A stretch of 64,000 bases of DNA from an uncultured bacterium (GCA_963729625.1 CAVSOU010000007.1:64001-128000), one strand, 5' to 3'; positions 24,785-34,759 are shown, counted from the first letter of the stretch. Numbers and translations are program-made. Notes: generated by a model not told the origin, from the sequence alone.

Positions 24785-26806
24785 ATGCTGACAGCCGACC
24801 GACGTACTGTGAACCAGAGAGCCATGGCGTGGCGTGCCACTGCGGCAGCCACACCTCGACGACGTGCCTACTTTGAAGAGCTTTCTCTCTTCGCTCTGAT
24901 ACTCCCCCTGTTCGTTGGGACAGTCATCGTGCTTGCGCTTCAGCGTGAGCACGAGGCGACATCTCCGGACTTACTGCTTCTCGGGATGGCCGTCGCGTGC
25001 GCGGCGGGACTGATCTATCGCATCGATAGCCGCCGACGCGAGCGGCCGGCAGTAGGGATCGCCCGCGTGGCGTGCACGGTACGCCCAGGTCTGCCGGTGC
25101 TCATAGCCGTTGCCCTCTCTTCAGTCGCCGCGATCCTGACCGCCCGATCGACGGGTCCCGTCTATGCAACGATCGCCTGGTTAGCGGGAATGTCGCTCCT
25201 TCTCGCCTATGCCGTGCTGCTCGAACGGCCAAGGCTGCACTGGCCAACGCCCATTGATGCAGTCTGCCTCGGCGGACTGGTAGTGCTGGCCCTCGCGCTT
25301 CGCTTGCCGGACCTGGCGACGTTGCCCTCATTCATCCACTCCGACGAGGCGCAGATGGGCTTGAAGACACGCGTCGCCTTCGAAGGTGGAATGCCGTCGA
25401 TATTTGGCACCACGGATTGGTGGAGCGTGCCGTGGCTTGGCCCGGCCTTGCAGGCGCCGATCATGCTGGTCCTCGGAAATGGTCTGACCGCCGTCCGTGC
25501 GGCCTCGGTGATCTCGGGCGTGCTCGCCATGGCCGGTATCTGGTTTCTGGGGTCGGAAATGTGGTCGCGGCGTGCCGGGTTTGTTGCTGCGCTGCTGTTT
25601 GCGTTCATGGCGCCAAGCGTGCAGTTCAGCCGCGACGGCGTCCACTACATGCAGAGCATCGCAGCGCTCGTCTGGACTATCCTTTGTTACACGCGCGCGA
25701 CCAAGCGCTACTCGGGCGCCTATGCCGTGCTTACCGGCATCCTCCTCGGAGTCGACGTTCAGCTGTATTACGCGGCGAGGCTGGCGGTGCCGCTTGTCCT
25801 TGCGCATGCGGCCATTCGCGCGCTTATCGAGCGAGGGCTGCTCAAGAACTGGATCAAGCTCATGCTGTGGACGGGGATCGGCGTCGTCGTAACCTTTCTG
25901 CCCATGGCCCTATTCTACGCCATGCATCCGGCAGCGTTCGGCCAGCGCACTGATGCGGTCTTCATTTTCTCGTCCGCCGCGCTGGCCAAGGGAGCCGTGC
26001 TCGGGGAGTACGGCCACGACGGGTGGCTCGAGATTCTCTGGCTCCAGGCGCAGCGGGTCGTGCTTGGCTTCCTCTCGATAGGCGACCGAAGCGAACAATA
26101 CGGTGCGCATTCGGCGTTGCTCGACCCGGTGACGGCGGCAATGGTGCCCGCTGCCTTCGCACTTGCACTCGCGCGAGCCAAGCAGTCTCCCTGGTTGCTT
26201 TGCCTGGCTTGGGCCGCCATCACGCTGGTGCTGGGCGGCGTGCTGACAACCTACCAACCTGACGCGCCGCGATTGCTGCCTGCGCTCCCCGCCATATGCC
26301 TGCTCGTGGGTGGGCTGGCCCACACGGTGTTGGATACTGCCGGCCAAACCCGCCTCCGCGATGCGAAACCGCTGCTGGCTCTGGCGCTGGCCGGCTCACT
26401 CGTCGGCGCCGGCGCGTTGAATGCCGCGAGCTATATTCAGGACTATCCCGCACAAGTGGCTGACCAGCAGGTCACGCTGATTACGGACATCGGCCGCTAC
26501 CTCAGCTCGATGCCGGCAAGCCGGCCTGTTGTCCTCTACGATCATCGGGAGTTCTACCTGGCCCATTGGACGATTCAGCTACTTGCGCCTCAGGTGTCCG
26601 GCACGACTGTCTGGACTGACAAGCAGCTGGAAGCGGTTCTGGCCCGACAACGAGGCGGATTCCTGGTCATTTCAGTAGATGAAGCAGCTGCCGATCTCGC
26701 TCGGGTGCGCACCGAATACCCCGGAGGCGTTACACAAACCCCAGCGGTGCACAATCGCCAAAACTCTGTGACCGCCTATTTGTACCAGGGCGACGGAATC
26801 TCGTGA
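24785..26806 (+). CDS. Membrane glycosyltransferase, ArnT/PMT (GT39/GT83-like)
   Basis: LALRL...HSDE motif, many TM helices, FSR and YYAAR. Confidence 0.82.
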   Translation: MLTADRRTVNQRAMAWRATAAATPRRRAYFEELSLFALILPLFVGTVIVLALQREHEATSPDLLLLGMAVACAAGLIYRIDSRRRERPAVGIARVACTVRPGLPVLIAVALSSVAAILTARSTGPVYATIAWLAGMSLLLAYAVLLERPRLHWPTPIDAVCLGGLVVLALALRLPDLATLPSFIHSDEAQMGLKTRVAFEGGMPSIFGTTDWWSVPWLGPALQAPIMLVLGNGLTAVRAASVISGVLAMAGIWFLGSEMWSRRAGFVAALLFAFMAPSVQFSRDGVHYMQSIAALVWTILCYTRATKRYSGAYAVLTGILLGVDVQLYYAARLAVPLVLAHAAIRALIERGLLKNWIKLMLWTGIGVVVTFLPMALFYAMHPAAFGQRTDAVFIFSSAALAKGAVLGEYGHDGWLEILWLQAQRVVLGFLSIGDRSEQYGAHSALLDPVTAAMVPAAFALALARAKQSPWLLCLAWAAITLVLGGVLTTYQPDAPRLLPALPAICLLVGGLAHTVLDTAGQTRLRDAKPLLALALAGSLVGAGALNAASYIQDYPAQVADQQVTLITDIGRYLSSMPASRPVVLYDHREFYLAHWTIQLLAPQVSGTTVWTDKQLEAVLARQRGGFLVISVDEAAADLARVRTEYPGGVTQTPAVHNRQNSVTAYLYQGDGIS

Positions 26807-26899
26807 CCCGCACCCGCCTCTCCTGTTGCGCCCCGCGTATTGTGCGACACCACGATCGTGACAGGTGACCCGCCTGAACGCCGCGTCGGAGCATAAGCC

Positions 26900-27436
26900 T
26901 CAGTCAGGCTGGGTCAGCATCTCCTGGTACACGTAGGTAGGTCCCGCGGGATTGCGCGCGTCTATCGCGATGCCTACATCACTTTGACCGGACGAGTACT
27001 CCGTGTAGAAGTAGTTCGCTGCAAACGCATCGTGCGGGTCGCCAATGGCAAACACTGGAGGCATCTTCTGCAATGCTTCAGGCGCTCTTGCCGGAAGAAT
27101 AGTATCGGCCTGCTCAAGAAACCCGCCGACCTGGTGCGCGTAGCCACCGAGAGCAGTGCGGTAATAGTGGATCAGTTGAACGGGCGTGTCCGTCGATCTG
27201 TACAGCGCCGTCTGAGTGACAAAGTTGCCTTGCAGCATATCAGTCTCGGTCTTTTGTGCGAGCACCGTGGCGTGCGGCGGCGCCACCGGCAAAGGTGGCG
27301 TGTTACCAGTAGTATTCGTTAGCCAAATAGAATACCCTGCGCCGGCAAGGATGACCAGAATGGCAATACTGCCCATCAGTATGCCGGCCGTCCGGTTGCG
27401 GCTGCGCACCGCGGACACGTCCAACGAGCCTATCAC
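26900..27436 (-). CDS. Hypothetical membrane-anchored protein
   Basis: Single N-terminal TM helix followed by a soluble domain; GAGG RBS. Confidence 0.65.
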   Translation of the reverse strand: MIGSLDVSAVRSRNRTAGILMGSIAILVILAGAGYSIWLTNTTGNTPPLPVAPPHATVLAQKTETDMLQGNFVTQTALYRSTDTPVQLIHYYRTALGGYAHQVGGFLEQADTILPARAPEALQKMPPVFAIGDPHDAFAANYFYTEYSSGQSDVGIAIDARNPAGPTYVYQEMLTQPD

Positions 27437-27666
27437 CTATTGACCTCGGACCCTTTTCACAATCAAGACCGGCGCGCCAGCAACTGTGTCGCGGGTCGCA
27501 TCCACCAATTCTGCTCGCCACTTCGAATATGCCTGAAGAAGCAGCAACCATTTGCAGTCGTGCACGTCTATAGCGGCGCCAGCTCAAGCGTCGGATCCGT
27601 AGACGTGCAGCGTGCCTGGCCCATTCGACGAATGGCAACGGCTCGATCGACTCCCCGACAAGGAGC

Positions 27667-27698
27667 GCAGCCCCAGCGCCGGGGAGCGATAGGGCTGC
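27667..27698 (-). terminator. Hairpin directly 3' of tmRNA
   Basis: GCAGCCC...GGGCTGC inverted repeat; no clear U-tract. Confidence 0.35.
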
Positions 27699-27700
27699 TT

Positions 27701-28057
27701 TGGTGGAGATGGGGGCGAATCGAACGCCCCGTCCAGAAAAGGACCAACAAGCGCGTCTACGATGCATATCCGGTAATTGTATCTTGCGTCCAGGCGACTC
27801 TACCGGCAGGGGTCCCGAGCGCCAGCCCGTGAGCTCACTCCGGTCTTACAGGCATGGGACCGGCAGCCTCCCTGACTAAGTCACGCCCTGCACCGGCCCG
27901 TCAAGGAGAGGCCGGCCGGACGGCTCTACTGACTATGCAGCGAGAGCGTAGCTTGTGTTTGTGTTGCCGTTTATTGGCGTGCCACCTGATTAACGAGGCG
28001 ATGGCACCTCGGCACGCAGCGCTAGCCTTTCCTCCCCTGTCGACACCTAACATCCCC
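27701..28057 (-). ncRNA. ssrA: Transfer-messenger RNA
   Basis: 5' GGGGATG pairs with 3' CATCTCC-A-CCA with a G3.U pair; T-loop TTCGATT; tag ORF 27968-27933 encodes GNTNTSYALAA-stop; 357 nt. Confidence 0.96.
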
Positions 28058-28093
28058 GTGTTGCGCGGCGCAAATCTGCACCCAGCAACCATT

Positions 28094-28122
28094 ACTGTAC
28101 CACCACTGCGACTTCAGTCCAA
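28094..28122 (-). promoter_or_regulatory. Candidate ssrA promoter
   Basis: TTGGAC-N17-TACAGT with TG extension, about 36 nt upstream of the mature 5' end. Confidence 0.4.
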
Positions 28123-28268
28123 CCGGCTGATCCCCATGCCGCTCTATGCCATCGATCGGCGATCGACACCGGCAGCGGGCAGCGTCGCCTGGGGGCAGCT
28201 CTGCGTGCCGGCCGCATTCGCGTTCGTGGGTCGCTCAGGTATCCTCGAGCGACCTTGATCACGCAAGG

Positions 28269-28952
28269 CTACGCTACAATGCGTGCCGCTTGATAGGCAA
28301 AGCTCGTCGCGAAGCCGAGCAGGACAAGCCCTGACAGCGCGCCGACGAAGTCGAGCATGATCGGTAGGCGCGTCGCGGCAGCCCTGGCCATCCACACCAG
28401 GCCGGCAAGAATCGTGAACCACGCGGCGCTGCCAGCTCCGATACCGAGCAGAATAACAACGGCTACCGGGACAGCGACCGAGCCGAGATTCACGGCCACA
28501 AACGCGCCACCAAGAGTGAGCCACGACGTTATAGTCGCCGGATTCACTACCGTGATGGACAGACCAAGGGCGAACGCGGCACGCCAACCGGGCGCAAGGT
28601 CGCGTCTGTTCTTGGGCCCAGACGCGGCCGCTGGGCCGGATGCAGATTGACGACGGCGAACGATCACGTCACGGAGCGCGCCGAACGCCATCTTGCCCAG
28701 CACCAGGGCCCCCACGACGTACAACACAAGCGGTAGCCAGCTCAGGTGCGCGATTGCGGGCCCAAGCCCTGCATACGTAACCATGACATAGACGTAGTCC
28801 GTAACGGCCGCCCCCATGCCGATCCAAAACGCCGTCGCCGCGCCTCGGTCGAGTCCCAGCCGGATAGCCGTGATTCCGGTCGGGCCAACCGGCGCGGCGA
28901 CCGCGAACCCAAGAGCCATGGCACCACCGAATCGAGCCACCATCGTCACCAC
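28269..28952 (-). CDS. LysE/RhtB family translocator
   Basis: AAPVGP, GMGAAVTD and ITVVNP motifs; six TM segments. Confidence 0.9.
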   Translation of the reverse strand: MVTMVARFGGAMALGFAVAAPVGPTGITAIRLGLDRGAATAFWIGMGAAVTDYVYVMVTYAGLGPAIAHLSWLPLVLYVVGALVLGKMAFGALRDVIVRRRQSASGPAAASGPKNRRDLAPGWRAAFALGLSITVVNPATITSWLTLGGAFVAVNLGSVAVPVAVVILLGIGAGSAAWFTILAGLVWMARAAATRLPIMLDFVGALSGLVLLGFATSFAYQAARIVA

Positions 28953-28961
28953 GCCGGACTC

Positions 28962-29435
28962 CTATTCCTGAAGTGGCAAGTGGGCAAGGGGCGTGAACGT
29001 CGATTCTTTGATCGTTCTCAACACAACTGTCGTGTGCGTCCGGGCCACGCCCGGAGAGGATTTGAGCTCGTCACTTACGACTCTGTCCAGGTCGTCGGTG
29101 CCTGCGCAGCGCACCTTCAACAGGTAGTCGTGCTCACCGGCTACGTGGTGGCACTCTTGCACGTCATCCAGGCGTGCGACTCGCTCAAGGAACTCCGCAC
29201 GATAGCCGGGACCCGCCAAAGTGACTTGCACGAACGCCGTAAGCCCACATCCAACCGCGGATGGAGTCACCAGGGCGACATAGCCCCGAATCGTCCCCGC
29301 GTCCTCAAGTCGCCGAACTCTTTCGGCAACTGCCGGAGCCGACAAGCCAAGACGCTGGGACAGATCGGCCCATGTTGTTCTGCCGTTTCGCATCAACGTC
29401 TCGAGAATAGTCCGGGTAATGTCCTCTTTGGGCAC
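28962..29435 (-). CDS. Lrp/AsnC family transcriptional regulator
   Basis: HTH (LSQRLGLSAPAVAERVRRLE..G.I.GY) and ECHHVAGEHDYLLKV. Confidence 0.95.
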   Translation of the reverse strand: MPKEDITRTILETLMRNGRTTWADLSQRLGLSAPAVAERVRRLEDAGTIRGYVALVTPSAVGCGLTAFVQVTLAGPGYRAEFLERVARLDDVQECHHVAGEHDYLLKVRCAGTDDLDRVVSDELKSSPGVARTHTTVVLRTIKESTFTPLAHLPLQE

Positions 29436-29767
29436 TTCCCTCTTCCCTCTCACGTGGGGCGATGCGTAGTTCGTTCACTCCCGCAGGCCAGTTCGCCCGT
29501 CTATAATGAGTATGAGAGGTTATGATTACGAATACAAGGAAATATGTCGGAAAGGCTTTGATAACCTCGGAACATGCGGAGGATGTGCCTCGAGCAACAC
29601 GAGTATGCGGGATTGTTTGGGCGTATCCGGCGGCGCGTGAAAACCGCATGGGACGGCTTTGCCAATAGTACAGATGCAACGGCTATGGTAGATTTGTGTA
29701 ACATCGGGATGCCGGGACCCTGGGCGGAATTGCCTTGACCGGCATTGGGTTAGTGAATGGAACGCAG

Positions 29768-30154
29768 ATGGCTGAAACACCAGCGCGCGCTGAGCCATTG
29801 TCCCCGCAGCAGCTTCTCGATCTCCGGGAGCGCCTGGAGCGCGAACTCGAGCGCCTGAAAGGCAAGATCGCTCTGGCAACAAGTGCTCGGACCGCGCAGG
29901 GGATGCAGGATCCATTGCTGAGCGACCCGGAAGACTTCGCCGAAATGGCCCAGGATATCACCCAGGAAGAGACAGAGGCAGCGCTGTCCGCCAACGATGT
30001 TCAGCTCCTCGCCAGGGTGCAGCACGCGCTCCAACGCGTTTACGGAGGCACCTACGGCCACAGCGAAGTCACCGGGGAACCCATTCCCTTTGAGCGCCTG
30101 GATGCTCTGCCGTGGGCCACGACGAACGTTGGCGATGCTGGTCAGCACAGTTGA
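29768..30154 (+). CDS. TraR/DksA family regulator lacking zinc-finger cysteines
   Basis: Coiled coil followed by ALQRV..GTYGHSEVTGEPIPFERLDALPWA. Confidence 0.85.
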   Translation: MAETPARAEPLSPQQLLDLRERLERELERLKGKIALATSARTAQGMQDPLLSDPEDFAEMAQDITQEETEAALSANDVQLLARVQHALQRVYGGTYGHSEVTGEPIPFERLDALPWATTNVGDAGQHS

Positions 30155-30299
30155 GATCGGATCGGTCTGGCGGTCCGCCGGCGAACGCGCTTTCGCCCTG
30201 GTAAGTTATCCCGGCCGGCGCGAGCGTCGGGCTGAATCCTCTTGGAGAGGGCGCGGGCTCACCTGAGCTCTGCCCGTAGTGATGCGGAGCTGCACGAGA

Positions 30300-31610
30300 A
30301 TGCCAGAGAGTCGAACGGCAATCCTTGGAGCCGGCATGCTCGGGCTGACCTTGGCCTATAGGTTGTCTCGTCAGGGTCAGCGTGTCACGGTCATCGAGCG
30401 CGAGCCGCAGGCAGGTGGGCTGGCAGCAGGCTTCAAAGTGGCATCCAATGCGGATGGCTCGCCGGTCTACCTGGACAAGTTCTATCATCACCTGTTCCGT
30501 GCCGATCACGCAGTCATCGGTCTCATCGACGAATTGGGCCTCACCGAGCGCCTGGTTTGGCCCTCGCCCACATCATGCATCTTGCGCGATGGCAAGATCT
30601 ATCGGATGGACGGCCCCCTGCCCCTTCTGTCCCTCAAGCCGCTACCGTTTGTCGACCGTGTGCGGCTGGGCATGGTCCTGGCATATCTCAAAGTGGAGAA
30701 GGCGTATCAGCGATTTGAGCGCTATACCGCCGAGGAGTGGCTCACGACTTGGGCAGGAAGGAATGTCTACAATGTGTTTGCCGAGCCCCTTCTACGCCAG
30801 AAATTCGGCGAATTCAGCGGCCAGATCGCCATGCCCTGGTTCTGGTCTCGCGTCCACCTGCGCAGCACGTCACTTGGTTACCTGCTGGGAGGCTTCCAGC
30901 AGCTCTACGATGCGCTCGTGCAAGCGGTGGCGGCTCGGGGTGGCGACGTGCGTCTGGGCGCTGCGGTGACCGGAATCGATCCTCAGCCTGACGGTTCCTT
31001 GCGCGTGTCGACGTCGGACGGGTCTGAGCGCTTCGATCGCGTCATCTCCACGTTGCCCGCGCGGGTGACCATCGGCCTCACTTCGAACATGCCCGCGGAC
31101 TTCAAGGTGCGGTATGGCGGCGGCGAGGCGTTGGGCGCTCACTGCTTGATCCTGGAGCTCGATCGGCAGGTCACCCAGCACTACTGGATCGCGATCAACG
31201 ACCCTGGCTATCCCTTCCTGGCCGTTGTCGAGCACACGAACTACATACCGCCGGAGCACTACGAGGGCAAACACTTGATCTACGTCGGCAATTACTTACC
31301 GATGATCCATCCCCTCTACAAGAAATCAGGCGAACAGCTGCTTGAGGAGTTCCTGCCTTACCTCAAGCACATCAACCCGGACATGCGTGCCTCGTGGGTT
31401 ACTCGCGTGCATTCGTTCGCTGCTCCATATGCTCAGCCGGTGGTCACGACGCGCTTTAAGGAATCCATCGCACCCCATGTGACAGCTGTACCGAACCTGT
31501 TCATGGCCAACATGTTCCAGATCTATCCCCAGGACCGCGGCCAGAATTACAGCGTGACCATGGCAGAGCGTATGGTGCGCTTGCTCGACAGATGCAAGAA
31601 CGCCGGCTAG
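30300..31610 (+). CDS. FAD-dependent oxidoreductase (protoporphyrinogen/amine oxidase superfamily)
   Basis: ILGAGMLG, GGLAA, DKFYHH and IYPQDRGQNY. Confidence 0.88.
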   Translation: MPESRTAILGAGMLGLTLAYRLSRQGQRVTVIEREPQAGGLAAGFKVASNADGSPVYLDKFYHHLFRADHAVIGLIDELGLTERLVWPSPTSCILRDGKIYRMDGPLPLLSLKPLPFVDRVRLGMVLAYLKVEKAYQRFERYTAEEWLTTWAGRNVYNVFAEPLLRQKFGEFSGQIAMPWFWSRVHLRSTSLGYLLGGFQQLYDALVQAVAARGGDVRLGAAVTGIDPQPDGSLRVSTSDGSERFDRVISTLPARVTIGLTSNMPADFKVRYGGGEALGAHCLILELDRQVTQHYWIAINDPGYPFLAVVEHTNYIPPEHYEGKHLIYVGNYLPMIHPLYKKSGEQLLEEFLPYLKHINPDMRASWVTRVHSFAAPYAQPVVTTRFKESIAPHVTAVPNLFMANMFQIYPQDRGQNYSVTMAERMVRLLDRCKNAG

Positions 31611-32416
31611 CGCAGCCCGTCGTCTACCACCGCACTGTCGTTCCCATCGCCCTCGGAGCCGGCGCGCACGATGATGTCGAGTATCTCACCCGGACTGTCG
31701 GTCACGCGCAGCAGCCGAAGATCGTCCTCCGCGATGTTCTTCTCTACGAGCAGCGTGCCGCGGATCCAGTCGAACAAGCCCTTCCAGTAGGAAGAGTCGA
31801 ACAGCACCACAGGAAAATTGCGGACCTTGCGCGTTTGGATGAGCACGAGAGCCTCGAAGAGCTCGTCAAGCGTGCCGAAGCCGCCGGGGAAGATCACGAA
31901 TGCCTGAGCATACTTCACGAACATCGTCTTACGCACCATGAAGTAGCGAAAGTTTATCGGCACTGTGACATAGTGGTTGATACCCTGCTCGAATGGAAGC
32001 TCGATGTTGCAGCCCACGCTTGTCGCGTTCGCCTCGAACGCGCCGCGGTTTGCCGCCTCCATGACGCCCGGCCCGCCACCACTGATGATCGCGAAGCCCG
32101 CTTCGCCAAGCAGATATGCAGTCTCACGCGCTGCCTCATAGTGCGGGCTACCTTCCGGCGTGCGCGCGGAGCCAAAGAACGTGACTGCGGGCCCTATGTG
32201 CGCAAGAGTGTCGAACCCTTCGACAAACTCGCCGGTAATCCGGAGCACCCTCCACGGGTCCGTGTGCGTGAAATCAACCTCGTGCGCCAGGCCGGCAGGA
32301 CTCGCGAGAAGCCGCTCGTCTTCGGTGACCAATCCGAGGTGCGCGGCTCTGTTCAGCGTAGGATTCGGTTTCATGCGATTGATAGGTCCGGACATCGTCA
32401 TCTCGTTTCTCACCAC
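31607..32416 (-). CDS. LOG family (TIGR00730) nucleotide phosphoribohydrolase
   Basis: FFGSAR, SGGGPGVMEAANRGA, RKTMF and PGGFGTLDE. Confidence 0.93.
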   Translation of the reverse strand: MVRNEMTMSGPINRMKPNPTLNRAAHLGLVTEDERLLASPAGLAHEVDFTHTDPWRVLRITGEFVEGFDTLAHIGPAVTFFGSARTPEGSPHYEAARETAYLLGEAGFAIISGGGPGVMEAANRGAFEANATSVGCNIELPFEQGINHYVTVPINFRYFMVRKTMFVKYAQAFVIFPGGFGTLDELFEALVLIQTRKVRNFPVVLFDSSYWKGLFDWIRGTLLVEKNIAEDDLRLLRVTDSPGEILDIIVRAGSEGDGNDSAVVDDGLR

Positions 32417-32519
32417 GACTGCAAGAGCCGCTTCCGGCCGGCGCCTTACAGGCAGTCACGGCCATCTCTACGCTCCAAAGAATACGTGAAGTGATGGATT
32501 CCCTGGTATCACACGTTTG

Positions 32520-33494
32520 TCAGCCAGAGAACGAAGCTTCATTGTAGTCGGGCTGGGAAGACGCCACGGCGACGGTCACGAACTGATCGCCTTTATGAAA
32601 GCTGCCATGATGGCGCAAACCTGCGCCGGCAATTCGCAGCACCGTGCGGTCCGGCGTCCCTGCGGGAATGCGAAGCTTCTTCGGTCCTCGCAGCGTCGGG
32701 ACCTCAACAGTACAGCCTGCCTCTGCGTCATGCGGGCTCAAAGGCAAGTTCATCAGAATGTCGATGCCACTGCGCATCAGCACGTCGTCGGGTCGCACAG
32801 CTATGCGCAAAAGGAGGTCGCCGCGTGGCCCATTCCGCGGTCCCGAATCGCCTTCGCCCTTCAAGATGAGCTGTTGACCGTCGTCGACAGCAGGAGGGAT
32901 CGTCACCGTAAGCGGCGTGTTGCCACGCTTCCTGCCATAGCCAAGGCAGTTGGGACAAGGAGGGTCACCCTTCACGCCGCTTCCCTGGCAGCTCGAGCAT
33001 TCACCTCCGCCGCTTCGCGTTCCGCCGGTGCCGTTACAGACGCCGCATCGAGCGCTGGTTCCTCCTTCGGCGACACCTCGACCCCGGCACGGGGCACATA
33101 CCTCGCGCCTGGGCACATGGACACGTACAGCAGTGCCAAACGCTGCCTCGCGCAAGGACAAAGTAATGGACAGCTCAACATCCGCGCCTCGAAGTACGCC
33201 GCGGCCGACGACAGCCGGTCTGCCCACAAGCGGGCTCCGCACGGGAACGCCGGGCGGGGGCCTGCGAGAAGCGTCGTATGCGCGACGTCGCTCGGGGTCG
33301 CTCAGCACGGCGTATGCCTGCGCCACGGTGACAAAACGCTGGACCGCGTCCTGCGAGGGATTGAAATCAGGATGGAGAATTCGCGCAAGAGAACGGAAAG
33401 CGCTTCGAACCTCTTCAGGGTCGGCGTTCGGTGCCACGCCGAGCACATCGTAGAGGTTGAGGCCGCCCAATGCCGCGTCCACGCTCATAGTCAT
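32520..33494 (-). CDS. DnaJ-like co-chaperone
   Basis: J domain with HPD, four CxxCxGxG repeats and a C-terminal domain. Confidence 0.9.
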   Translation of the reverse strand: MTMSVDAALGGLNLYDVLGVAPNADPEEVRSAFRSLARILHPDFNPSQDAVQRFVTVAQAYAVLSDPERRRAYDASRRPPPGVPVRSPLVGRPAVVGRGVLRGADVELSITLSLREAAFGTAVRVHVPRREVCAPCRGRGVAEGGTSARCGVCNGTGGTRSGGGECSSCQGSGVKGDPPCPNCLGYGRKRGNTPLTVTIPPAVDDGQQLILKGEGDSGPRNGPRGDLLLRIAVRPDDVLMRSGIDILMNLPLSPHDAEAGCTVEVPTLRGPKKLRIPAGTPDRTVLRIAGAGLRHHGSFHKGDQFVTVAVASSQPDYNEASFSG

Positions 33495-33733
33495 CTTCCA
33501 GTGTACCGGCCGAGTGACGATTAGGGCACGGATCGCGTCTTGTCCCGGGAAACCGCCCCGGGTTCGAGAATCAACATTCGGCGAGACGTAGAACACGCGT
33601 CCTACTTACAGCTGCGGACTTGCGTCCCGAGCAAAATGGCGCTATTCTAGCTGCGGGTTGCGAGGCACGCGGAGTGGCTGACTCCGGGCGCGATGCTGAT
33701 TGGCGTGTTCATCGTAGAAGCTGCGGAGGCAAG

Positions 33734-34585
33734 ATGGCGGGAACTGCGGGATGGAAACGTTTCGTTCAGAGCGCACTTCTCGTAGCACCGTTCCTCGCTT
33801 TCACCAGCTCACCTGCGACAGCGTCCGCAGCCATGTCCGGCGCGCGCACGAGGAGCCTGTGTCCTACCACTCCATGGTCCGGGTCTCCATCGGTCCAGGC
33901 CGGACACCCATATCTTTCTTTGGCGTTTGATGCCTTGGCGCGCGATCGGCAGCGGTATGCCGGCCTGGGAGCAATGCGACGGAGCCTCACGCTGAGTGCC
34001 GTCGCGGAAGCCCATTCGGCCTATATGGCGTCGATCGGGGGTTGGTCCGACGGCGACCCCAATGGGTACATCCTGACGAGGGTCCAGGCCGCGGGCATCA
34101 ATGCAACGTACGCCGGCCAGAACGTCGTGACCGTAAACGGCGACACCGTTGCGCATGCCGTGCAGAACGGCGAAGCTTTCTTCGCCCGCGAGGCCGGCAC
34201 GACCGGACCGCACTGGGACAACATGACTAATCCTGATCACCGATACGTCGGCATGGGAATCGCCCTCCTTGGCGAGTCTGGCGACTATACCATCTATCTA
34301 ACTCAGGTCTTCGCGGATGCAGGCGGCTGCGCCCCTGCCTCCGGCTCCGATACGATTGTCCAGGCGGGCTCGGTGAGCGGGCCTCCTCGCATCGGCAGCG
34401 TGGTGCGCACGGGCACGGACTACCTGAGCCTTCGATCTGAGCCGGCAGGTAAGCTCATCCAGACGTTGCGTGCTGACCAAACGCTGAAGGTCGTCGCCGT
34501 CCGGGACGAGTGGGCGCAGGTCGAGGTTCTCGCTATCCATATCTACGGCTGGGTGTATATTCCGCTGCTGGGACCACCGGCGTAG
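33734..34585 (+). CDS. Secreted CAP (SCP) domain protein with C-terminal SH3b
   Basis: Signal peptide; AEAHSAYM, AGQNV, HWDNM..P....VGMG and YLTQVF; LSLRSEP...YGWV. Confidence 0.8.
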   Translation: MAGTAGWKRFVQSALLVAPFLAFTSSPATASAAMSGARTRSLCPTTPWSGSPSVQAGHPYLSLAFDALARDRQRYAGLGAMRRSLTLSAVAEAHSAYMASIGGWSDGDPNGYILTRVQAAGINATYAGQNVVTVNGDTVAHAVQNGEAFFAREAGTTGPHWDNMTNPDHRYVGMGIALLGESGDYTIYLTQVFADAGGCAPASGSDTIVQAGSVSGPPRIGSVVRTGTDYLSLRSEPAGKLIQTLRADQTLKVVAVRDEWAQVEVLAIHIYGWVYIPLLGPPA

Positions 34586-34759
34586 CCTGAAGTTGAGCGT
34601 GCGCTGCCGACTAGCGCTCGCAGATCTGCAGTGAGACTGCCGGCCTCCGACACGTGCGCGCATCCGACAGCGCCTGCGCTCCACGACCGACCCGCCGAAC
34701 CCCATCATGCGAGGGTGCGTCGTTGGACTGCGCCGCCGTGGACGACCGTTGCCAGACCG

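Noticed and set aside
27561-27609. 10-bp inverted repeat TGCACGTCTA/TAGACGTGCA downstream of tmRNA
   Set aside because: Single copy with no transposase or target duplication; cannot be called a mobile element or att site.
27440-28258. Track ORFs overlapping the tmRNA region
   Set aside because: The region is explained by ssrA and its flanks; the translations are not protein-like.
29522-29668. 48-aa ORF after TATAAT and GAGAGG
   Set aside because: No recognisable features; it lies in the AT-rich divergent lrp/dksA promoter region and may be chance.
30230-30285. GCTGAATCC segment resembling the start of a c-di-AMP (ydaO) riboswitch
   Set aside because: The downstream conserved elements are absent and the space is too short.
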